From contig OZ316897.1 of the NCBI GenBank assembly GCA_973895155.1, positions 18,324,457 through 18,388,456 on the forward strand: DNA of 64,000 nt. Reading direction: 5' to 3'. Within the stretch, counting starts at the first letter, position 1, and every line of letters starts with the position of its first letter. Both the position numbers and the translations under genes were made by a program. Below are positions 13,260 through 23,107 of this stretch, one piece after another. The stretch is from Marsupella aquatica. Taxonomy: Eukaryota > Plantae > Marchantiophyta. The notes beneath the pieces were generated by a model, which saw only the letters and a list, made by a program, of their open reading frames with translations, was not told the DNA's origin and did not search any database.

Positions 13260-13541
13260 CTATTCCGTCTCAAATGAGGAATAATAAGTATCCTTCTTCT
13301 CATTTTTCTCATCCGAGGATTTGGAAGTATCCGTCTCTTTCTTCTCATCTACGGATTTGGAACTATGCATCGTCTCGGTCTTATCGTCTAAGGACTTGGT
13401 GCTCTCCTTCTCTGTTTTATCTACTACGGCCTTAGAGCTCTCCTTCTTCTCTTTCTTGTCATCTAACGGTTTGGAACCATCCTTCCTGTATTTCTTGTCA
13501 TCAGAGGGTTTGGAGACAGTCGTCTCTTTCTTGTCATCCAT
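13260..13541 (-). CDS. Small Lys/Asp/Glu/Ser-rich repeat protein (93 aa; DDKK-x8-9 units), possibly a pseudogene
   Basis: ATG at 13541: MDDKKETTVSKPS-DDKKYRKDGSKPL-DDKKEKKESSKAV-VDKTEKESTKSL-DDKTETMHSSKSV-DEKKETDTSKSS-DEKNEKKDT. The repeat continues in frame past the TAG at 13260-13262 (KMDTSKSIDEKKQNKDT) to about 13188. Confidence 0.45.
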   Translation of the reverse strand: MDDKKETTVSKPSDDKKYRKDGSKPLDDKKEKKESSKAVVDKTEKESTKSLDDKTETMHSSKSVDEKKETDTSKSSDEKNEKKDTYYSSFETE

Positions 13542-13652
13542 GAAGTGATTGAGAGAGTTCATCGATAGACCTACACTCCAAGATGCAAAAAGAGAGTACT
13601 GTAGAATGCTGAATCTTCCGGTAATTGCAAGTTGTCCGAAACTGGGCTGAAG

Positions 13653-15018
13653 TTGGCCGTAAGTATCAGCGACTGGGATGAAGCCGTGGCCTATTGGAGC
13701 GGAGTTGGAGAGCTGGGCATCGAGGCTGCTTATCGTGAAGCAGGATGTTCGGAACAGAGTATTGTTGAAAGACTGATTTTGGTTAAAAGCAGTGGACGAT
13801 TGCGGATGGAAAACACGCTGACACATCCTGAGTTGGGGAGAGCGGTGGTTCTTGCTATGCTCGGTCGCGACATTTCGATTACCAAGAGTTTCGTTTCTCC
13901 TAAAGATGTTCGAGCTAAGAGCGTGAACTAGTCAGCTGCTGTGTGTGTCAACTTATGTTCCAACACCAATATTATAAGTATTGACGTAGGTGAAAATGAA
14001 ATTGTTTGTTACAGTAGAGGGGTGCGCGCTGTTGGGCCATGCCTTGACAAGCAATTCGTCGTTGGACGCTCTTTACTTGAGAGAGGTCGACATGGGAGGT
14101 CATGATGTGCGATGCCTACTACATAGGCTGAAGTCAAACAATACTCTCGAAGCACTCCCCTGCTGGATGAGGGAATGTCGTGTGTAGCAGAATTTCTGAT
14201 CAATAACGCGACAATCAAAACTTTGTTTCGAGATGACACTGGTAGCTCTCTAGAAGGAGCAAAACAATTATCCTCGGCCTTGGTGAGCAACATTACATTG
14301 GAAATTCTAGGTCTTTCAGTTGACGCTATCAGGAGACAAGGAATGAATGGTACTCCAGCCACTATCGCTGGACGTGGGGGAAGATGCAACGAATGGAAAC
14401 GGAGCGAAGCCTTGAGAAAGCTCTATTTATCTAAGCCGAACCGGGAGTGTGTGGAGACTGGCACAATGATAAAAACAAACACGTCCCTCCGCACTTTACG
14501 ACTTTATAATAATGTCAACGGCAAGACCTGCTTGGCGCCATTCCTGCCTACAGACTGGAAGGAGAAAATGATTACTGCCCTAAAAGCAAATAATACCCTC
14601 AGGGAGCTCTACTTGAAGGAATGTGAAGGACTGATGAAGACGTCTGTGAGTCTCTGTTGGATCTGCTCCAAAACAGCGATACCGAATTAGAAGCGATCTT
14701 CCTGCTCGGAACAGGTTTGCAATCCACGCAGGGACAAATCAACGAAGAGCTTAGGATCAACAAGGAATATCGATCTCGGCTCAGGGGTCGAACGCCAACT
14801 ACTTCTGGTTGTATCGTATTGTGCGGATATGGGTTTGCAGGTTTGCCGTTTATTTGTTCTTATTCATTCTTCATTGCGAGCTTCAGCTGAGGTTCAATTA
14901 TCAATCTTAAAATTGACGTGTTTGTGGACGTGCGTGAGTACGTGCTTGTAACTGATTATTCTAGACGCAGTAGCAGAAGCGATTTAATCAGCAAATACTG
15001 CGCTCTCTAACTCATTGA
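13653..15018 (+). pseudogene. Second TORNADO1-like/ROCO copy: disrupted LRR exon, Roc-COR deleted
   Basis: Colinear with 263-1475 (WDEAVAYWS, GCSEQSIVE, GKTCLAPFLPTDWKE, GQINEELRINKEYRSRL, IVLCGYGFAG|gt). The start ATG is TTG, there is a TAG at 13929-13931 and several frameshifts. After about 140 bp of intron the sequence jumps to the last codons (FNQQILRSLTH* vs LNQRILRSSTH*). Confidence 0.88.
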
Positions 15019-15563
15019 AAGATGGAGTGTAACGGCAATGTATTTTTGTTAAACGGAATGAAGATTCATCTCAAAATTGTGAGTGACTTGTCATCCCATC
15101 GGTGGGCGAAACATCGGCGTACATTCATCTAGAGTGACCGATTGTGTACCATTCGTCTACATGTATCGACCGTGACATGCTGCAGCAGGTGTGGTGCCCT
15201 TGATGGATTTGCCCTCTGGCTGTTCAAAGGTCAGCGGCTCTGTGATGGACATACCGGCAATTGTGAATCAGATACTCATGAAGCTCGTCTTTCTTGAAAT
15301 GTATAGGAAACAACTTACTTTTGTGATCTTTGAAATGTCGTCAAGTTGGTCTGCGCGATCCACCTGTTTCTAGATGCTCGAATGCTGTATTGATGCCCAA
15401 TAAGTCGAAACGATTCACGGAATCCCCGCCTCTTGCTGAAACGGATACCCTATTTTTCTGCTCACTCGAACCTCACGATTCATACGTTGTCACTGCTGCA
15501 GCTCTCAATTGAAGAATTATTTCCAGCTTAGGGCTTTCAAGACGGCGAGAAGATGTCCTTATG
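15019..15563. repeat. 3' flank of ROCO copy 2, paralogous to 4245-4776
   Basis: Direct sequence similarity by eye; see the feature at 4205-4776. Confidence 0.85.
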
Positions 15564-16894
15564 TAAGGTCAGACGAGGCAAATTCAGTCCCAGCCCTTCT
15601 TACTGCCGTCCAGAATCTTTGCATAGATTACGTTTCCCAATGGATCTTTCGTCATAGTCATGTTTGTTTATCGTGCGCAAAGACCATCTCGGTATGAATG
15701 ACTGAGCAAATTGAATTTTCTTGCAGTAAGAATGAATAGTTTCTTAAGTGCATTGGTGCCGACGTGGGTATGTATGGAACTAATCAGGCATTTTGCAAAT
15801 CAGAGGCAAATCTACCGATAAGGATCTCAATACAAGGTGCACAACTGAAGTACCTGTACTGTAATTGGGGGTTTTCCGGTCTACCATCGACAGTAGTTCA
15901 ATGCTTTAGCACGTTGCTTCTTGCCTCAAAGGTTTTACTGTACACTGACCTCTGGTCCTCCTTGGCTTTGTTCCACACGTGCTGTGGGCTGCCCCGTTCC
16001 TGAATCCTGTTGTTTTTGATGGAGTTCGAAACGATTTTTCGAGAAAAGCTCTAACAACGTAATAATCAATCCCGGATGAATTGCGGTCCATCTGTAGAGA
16101 CAAAAAGTAATGTTGTTATGAAAGATTTTCCATTTAGCTAGTGTGAAAGAATACGGAACGGTTTCGATCGGTGAGTTATGCCAGTTCCGCGGTCTGTATG
16201 TAAGCAGCCTAGTTGACTCGAGAGGCCAGTCCAATCCGTCTGGTCAGCTGCCCGCTCAACCATTTCCTCATTGGCGACTGGATTGCCATGATCCGTCGAC
16301 GATTCTCTGCAGTGCTTGTCTAGAAATAGCATCCACCGATCCACGCTTCTCCCACGTATATTGTCGAAGAGAATGATGACGATGGTGATTTTGTTGTATG
16401 GGGAGCCCAGATGACAATGATACGAAATTTAATACAGTGTTATATTCCACTCAAGCACTCGTTCGGAACGCTTTCAGATTTTGCTGCCGATTTTCACGAA
16501 CCGCCGGACCCCCATTCACCAATCGGCTTTTTCTCTTCTCTGTTTGAGTGAAGCACCTTGAGAAATTTGGCGGCACCGTCCACGTTTGTCTTTCTTGTGA
16601 GACCTCTTGCCACGATGCTTTCGTCATAGTCGAGCTGTGCTTTGCTTCAATTCTGGGGATCGGCCAGGAGAGCGCGGGCTCTTACTTAATTAGCAGAATG
16701 ATCGTTCTCACTACGGGCTCTTACCTGAGTTCTTCAGGGAAGGGTTCGCCGAGGCTTCCCTTAGTACTTTACAAAGTGCACGATTTCAGTGAGAGAAATT
16801 TCCGGATATTAACCCCAATCACCTAAGTTTCTAACAGGGCTACCTCCAGTCCTTAAGGCTAGTCTCAAGAACAGTGCATGCATCACGTGTAGAG

Positions 16895-17300
16895 TCAATC
16901 TGCGAGGCTCCAATACACCTTCGTTCATCGTACTGCGTTCCACGTACAAATGTTACACGGACAAATGTATTCAAATACACAACTACAGGGACGATTACAA
17001 TATGTGGACTGAGCATAATTCGATGCACGATTGTCAAAAAATGTACAGTACGGCGAATAATTGCCTCCAAAATTATGCCCGTCCCGCCGATTGAAGCAAA
17101 ATTCCACGGTAAAATTCCTTCCCGCGTTGTCATTATTTTGATTGAGGTTGCCGAGCTTTTTACCCACATTGTCGCACGCCTTTGCGATGAGTTTCGGTTC
17201 CATAGTAGTAGCCTACAGAAGTTAACGGTTATCAAGTTGCAAAAGGACGGCAGCCATCTTGAAGCATCTGAGAAGGTACCATGCTGTAATTATTATTCTC
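16895..17300 (-). pseudogene. Small Cys-rich protein resembling the S-protein homologue (SPH/S1) family, probably frameshifted
   Basis: ORF 16925-17203 reads LIAKACDNVGKKLG...GRNFTVEF...SPYCTFF...CPCNICTWNAVR*TKVYW. This echoes the SPH pattern C-x5-LG...F-x-F...F-x-C...C-x2-C-x-W-x2-R-x2-G-x-Y. A hydrophobic leader is visible only in other frames. Confidence 0.35.
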
Positions 17301-18744
17301 AGTGATACTACGTCAGAGAGACAAGCTGATCTTCTTGACTGGGCTGTCCCAAATATAAAGTAGTCTAAATCTATCCACGAAGAGATCAGGAGTAATTCTT
17401 TGTTCCTGCTTCCTGTACAATCTTTCCCTGGGACTTCCAGTTTCCAGTGGATACTCACCGGATGCAAGGTGGCCTCTTCCTGTCCTCCCCAGTTTGCAAA
17501 GCTGGCTACTTGACTCTCATTACTCGGCAGTCTCGTCCGCAGTAGTGCTGTGACATGAGACCCATTGGACTCGGGATGCACTGTTAGTATTCACCTGCGG
17601 TTGTTCACTAAATCTCAAACACACTGTCCAACCTAGTGTCCAATCAAGATATTTCCCTTCGGGTGTATCTTTACTTTCGAAGATCCCACCTTCAATCTGG
17701 ATAGAAATCGTACAGCGTTCTTTAAGTTTAGCCCTGGCATGCGACGTCTTCAACTTTCTGTCTTGTTCCGTTGCTCTTCTCAAACTTCTTGCAGTGTTTC
17801 TTTTCGCTCCTTGCTTCAGGAAAACGATTCACTACTGAGTTAAGAACAAACGATACTCGAGAGATGGCTCAGAGTCTGTTTCTTTCAGTTTCGAGTTGCA
17901 GTTCCCATATATTCAGATCACGAGTACCTGAAGTAAATGATGTTCATCAGACGGATGGAGCGATCATGGTACGCTACCCGGTACGCTACCGGTCTCAAAT
18001 GCACTTACACTACTCAACTGTCTCCGCTTTAGACGAGGAAAAAAAAACGAATGAAAACCATTGGGACGTGTACGCACGCCCGAATTGTTTGCCTTCTTCC
18101 TCTGTGCTTCAGGGGCAACTTTGGATCGTGGGAGCCTGGGAGCAACCCCTGGCCGCCTCCGCGGTGGACAGATAGACCAGACAACTGTAGAAGACTCTCT
18201 CACTCCAATTTCACTCTCTTCGCTTCTGTGAGCCACCATTATTTTCTGTTTCTCTGAAGTCCACGACTCCACGATCCTCGCTTTCTTCTGAGATTTAGAG
18301 TCGGATGTGGTCCATAGTTCATCCGACTCCAAATGTCGAATTCTCTCACCACTCCCTGTCCATCCCGCTCAATAATATTTGTGAAGATGTCCCCTTCACC
18401 CAATTCAGGTGCCCACCGTCTCCACAGTACTGTACAAAAGTATGGACGAGGGACCACATTTCTCTTCCGCAGGGAGCTGTCGGTCAGACTATAATACTGT
18501 TCTCCGAACATACACTGACAACCGGTCAATCCTCAGGTCGTACGCCTTTCCTTCCATGTTCTGTTCCCTCGATCTGTCCAGACCCAGGCAGAACGGAAGC
18601 CTCGGGGCTGGGCCCTCCTGCGCGAGCCTCAGAAGGAACACCTTTTTGTCTATGGAATGTGTCAAAGTGTGGAGACAATAAATGCAAGACCTGAATAGAA
18701 ATTAACCAAGCCTCTCTCTTCTTTAGACCACCTCTCCTCTTCTT

Positions 18745-19253
18745 TTTAAACCAACCACAACTGCCCCTATAAGGGGCTAAGGGTTACCCCTAGTTTTCAT
18801 TGTAAAGTGCATAGGTTCCAGAATGGGCTTTGAGTTACACAAATGGTGGTGAGTGTGAAACTTTTATTTGGCAAGTGCTCCAGAAAAGGTGCAGAGTGTT
18901 CCACCTTTTGTGATGAGTAGTGAAACATGGAATGGGGCTTTTATAGTGGCAGGTGTGATTTAAACCACACCTGCCCCTATAAAGGCCTACGGGTAACCCG
19001 TAGCTCTCATTCTAAAGAGTACAAGTTCAGAAATGGGCTTTGAGCTCCACAAAAGGTGCTGACTGCAAAAAAAATTTTGGCAAGTACTCCACAAAAGGTG
19101 CTAGTGTTCCACCTTTTATGGTGAGTAGTGAGACATGGAATGAGGCTTTTATAGTGGCAGGTGTGGTTTAAAGGGAATGGGACACCGTTCCACCTTTTGT
19201 GATGAGTAGTGAAACATGGAATGGGGCTTTTATAGTGGCAGGTGTGATTTAAA
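18745..19253. repeat. Tandem array (2 full units plus 1 partial) of about 210-bp units bounded by about 26-bp inverted repeats, joined at TTTAAA
   Basis: TTTAAACCACACCTGCCCCTATAAAG at 18959 is the near-perfect reverse complement of CTTTTATAGTGGCAGGTGTGGTTTAAA ending at 19172. The same ends occur at 18745/18964, with a third right end at 19253. Confidence 0.75.
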
Positions 19254-21407
19254 GGGAATGGGACACCGCTTAAATTCCATAGGAACCAAAACAACAACAT
19301 TCCCCCCTAGGAGGAGGCAGGAGAGAGAAAAAGAACAATTAAGGGGGCTGAAAGAAGGAGCGCACCTAGAGAGGAGAGAAGGGGCACCACCTTCCAGTCC
19401 GCCATGCAAGAAGGAGGCGGAGCAGAATGGGAAGGAGGAGCCCAGGAATCGGAATCGCCTAGCTTGGGTGGTATACGTTTTTGATAAAAAAAAAACTTGC
19501 ATATCAGCGGCCCTGTATTTTGCAGCCCCTTGCTCTCGCAACAGTTTGTAAAAAGTCTACCTACTCAATCTTTGAATAATATATATAGTGTGTGTGAAAA
19601 ATGTGTCATACCCCTCAAATGCAAGTTGGGATAAGGTTGATAATGGTTTTTAATGTGCCCAAGTTCGTGTACCCTAAGTTGGCTCAAATCGAAGTCTTCC
19701 CTATTCTCACATTCACCTTGTCTCCAATCCCTATTTTTCATTCACATCCCCAACTTTCATTCCTTTCCCGTGTCACGGTCTAGAGGAGAATGTTACCTAG
19801 AGTAACGAATGTTCCATGTTGTGGGAGAAAGGCTAAATGAAATTAACCCACTGATTTGGCCCAAAGTGGAGCAGGATTTTGGAATGAAAAATTTATATGC
19901 AAAATTGTCCACCATCAAAAAGGGTTCCGTACCTTGATTCCACCCTAGCCTCTTGGAAATTGGAATACCATACACTCAGGTGGTCCTGTCATAGATAAGG
20001 TCAGAAAAGTCATAACAATCCGACTCTGCCGTCTCTCCGTATCACACGTGGAATAACGATCTGACCATAGTTTAACACCAAAAAACCGTAGTTTGTTCCA
20101 TTCGTCTCCGCATTCAAGCAGTCAAAGCCAAGCTTTATCTGCAATTAACTACCATGTTTATACTTAATTATATTAAAAATAACTCTTAAGTAGGAGCTAG
20201 ATTCCCCTTTTCTCTACAGAACTGCGACGAAAACTTGAGTTCAGTAAAGCCATTATTCAACGGAAAGAGAAGCAGAAGTTTCATAAGGTAACCCATTCGC
20301 AAGAGGGGGTAGTGTATAGGGTTAAGGACGGGAGCCCTGTGTATGAGGGGAGATTGTATGTGGATGATTTTCTATCACATTTAAGTGACAGTCTCTTATA
20401 CTTAGTGGAACGTTAGGTGTCAAGTGATGCCCATTTCCTAATGTGGCTGATTTAAGTCTGGTTTAAGTATGATTTAAGTCTGATTTAATGTGGCTGATTT
20501 TTAGGGTGCGTTGCATGTGGACTGTGCTGAAGTTGCTGAGGACCCAAGCATCCCACAGCTCAGACAGTGGAGGGCATCATGGGGATTACCAAAGTGGAAA
20601 CCATTTGAAAATATGGTAATTCTTCATGAGAAATAATCTGGCCAAAAAAGCCTTATGAGGCAACCTTTGAATGGCAAAAAAAGAATTCAAACAGGATATA
20701 GGGCAGTGAGCCCAACGGGGCTATAGTGTTTATACACAAACGGGGATGAGTTACCAACTGTATTTTTTGAGACATTCATTTCACAATGTAAATTGTCATA
20801 TGTCACTTGTGCTTTACCTATATTCTCTTTCAAATTTGAAATTCCTTAAACCAGGTTGGCACAGGGTTTAGTGACTAACCTGCCATATAATGCCTCATAA
20901 CCATCTAACTAATAGCTGACTCTAACTGGGCAGGGGTGTAGAGAGAGAAAAAAAAAACGGGGCTTAGGCAAATGATGAACAGCACATACTTAGTCTCCTT
21001 TTTTTGTGATTTTCCTTTCATTTCCATTTAAGTTCAAGGACTGCGTAATGAGGGAAAATGATGCTCCCATGGGCCGTAAGGTTGGTCTTTTAATTCCCCA
21101 TGGACCACAGTTCCTTAAATTTGAGTTTCATTGCAATAACTTGAGCAAAAAAAATTTCAATTTTGAGTATGTGTCAGAGGAGTGGGTAATCCACACTTCC
21201 ATCAAAGTGACCCAATCTTTGACCATTTTGGTTGACTTATTCATCCTGGAATGTGCATGTGTAAATTTTTCTAGATATATTTCATTGTATTTGAACATTT
21301 ACAACAAGAAATGAACCAATTAATATGAAGTATTTGGGCTTGTGTTTTTTTAAGGTCTCCTTCTGCTTTCTTCTCTACAATAGTTGGTTTACAGAGTCAA
21401 ATCTAAA

Positions 21408-21649
21408 TTGTAAACACTCATAATCATCAATTTGTCAAATTACAAGCCCAAAACTACAATGGTGTGAATTTGTACACACTCATAATCATCAAGTTATCAA
21501 ATTACAAGCCAAAAACTCCAATGGTGGTAATTTGTAAAACACTCATAATCATCAATTTATCAAATTACAAGCCAAAAACTCCAATGGTGGTCATTTGTAA
21601 ACACTCATAATCATCAATTTATCAAATTATAAGTCAAAAACTCCAATTG
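21408..21649. repeat. Tandem repeat, about 62 bp x 4
   Basis: Unit TTGTAAACACTCATAATCATCAATTTATCAAATTACAAGCCAAAAACTCCAATGGTGGTAAT, with few mismatches between copies. Confidence 0.9.
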
Positions 21650-22085
21650 ACCAACTCCAATGGATCACCCAAATGTGGTACACGGGAGTATTATGTCCAC
21701 CATGGTGGTCCATCCTGGGTTCACTAGTCAATAGTCTATAGAATAGAGGAAACACGGAGGAAACACGGAAACTCGGAGTTTCAGTGCACATCGTCGAAGG
21801 AGCTGTGCGCATCGGTGGCCAGCTTCTTCGGTTCGATCCATCGCGCACACGCTTCGCTGAATCTTCTCTCGATCTGGCAGGTTCGATGGCCTTGAAGAAT
21901 GCCCATCTGATCATCCACCCACGCCGCTGCGCATCGTTCGAGCTTAGGAGGTCGGGCGTGGACCTGGATTGCGGAAGTGCCGTGGATGGGATGTGGCCCG
22001 AGGATGAGAGTTCCACTTTTGTCGACGAATTGTGCGCCCTGAATTTCGTCAGGGGCTTCCCGCATCGGAGGCGCTGGAGCGGGGT

Positions 22086-22115
22086 GAGGAGGAGGAGGAG
22101 GAGGAGGAGGAGGAG
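22086..22115. repeat. (GAG)10 microsatellite
   Basis: Perfect trinucleotide run. Confidence 0.95.
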
Positions 22116-23107
22116 GGCTGGAGTGCCGTTCGATTCGAAGTTGTGTGTGTACAAGGTCAGTTTATGTATTTATAATTCGGCCTCGAATTCGCGTCGTTTT
22201 CCAGTTCTCCCTCTTGTGTAATGCAGGTCAACGACGTCGTTTCCGCGGATTCGAACAGAGGTGTATGCTGGCTTTTAGGCGAACTGGAACGTGCAAGAGC
22301 GCCTCCCCTTGTGGATGACTAGTTGCTGCTAATTGTGTCGTGAGGAGTCGAGCAATTTTACAGAGCACACGAGCGGCTTGCAGTCCGTTGACAAATAGTT
22401 GATCTGAATGAATTGAAATGCGCACGAGCGGCTCCCAGTTGATGAATAGTAAGCTGAGATCGTTGCCCCCGTGCCCGCCCTTCAATCCAAACCTGATGGT
22501 TCATAAGTTATAAGCCAGATCGTCATCAGCATTCGTCATTCTGCTTAGTTGTCAACGGCAGATGAACGAAGTTATTCAGAGAGTGCTTCCTAGCTACCAG
22601 CGACTCCAATTGAGCCATTTCGTGCTTCCTTTTGAGTGCCTGGGATTTTTCTAGCAAGTAGAGGGCACATAGTTTACCGGTCTATTTCGATCCTCATCAA
22701 CATAGACAGAACAATATAGATCGACCGCAAGCCTAGCAATCGAATTGGTGGCAGTGCACAATGAGAAATCCAACAGTCGTAGACGGAGCTAGGAGAGAGA
22801 CCGGGACGTCGCTGGAATCGTAGAACTCAAGACACATCACAACAAGCAGATCAATCGGGGAGCCAAGATCAGGGAAGGAACAACGTACACGAGTAGGGAA
22901 AGAAATGAGAACGGCAACAATTGAGCCAATACACTGATGGAAATGGAGTTTGCAAGGGTGATAGCTGACGCGAATCCCTGCTACGTCGGCATCGTTGGCC
23001 ATGGCTGCGCCTGGTAGAAGATCCATCGTGAGGTTAGCCGTATGCGCAGACGTGGATAAGGCCATACGTAGACATCCGCAGACTCCAGGGAAGCGAAGTC
23101 GAGAAGT

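Noticed and set aside
15330-15560. Inverted copy of the ROCO N-terminus in the 3' flank (GSSEQ...RGGDS)
   Set aside because: The similarity is a few residues only and is not preserved in the paralogous flank at 4560-4776.
17964-18694. Possible LINE ORF1 zinc knuckle (QYCGDGGHL) on the minus strand
   Set aside because: The motif is incomplete, needs frameshifts and has no adjacent endonuclease or RT.
21408-21649. Regular 62-bp repeats as a CRISPR array (also 7790-8290)
   Set aside because: Units are contiguous with no unique spacers, there are no cas genes and the context is eukaryotic.
21627-22221. ORFs with a poly-Leu signal-like or poly-Arg stretch
   Set aside because: Both stretches are translations of the (GAG)10 microsatellite in GC-rich non-coding DNA.
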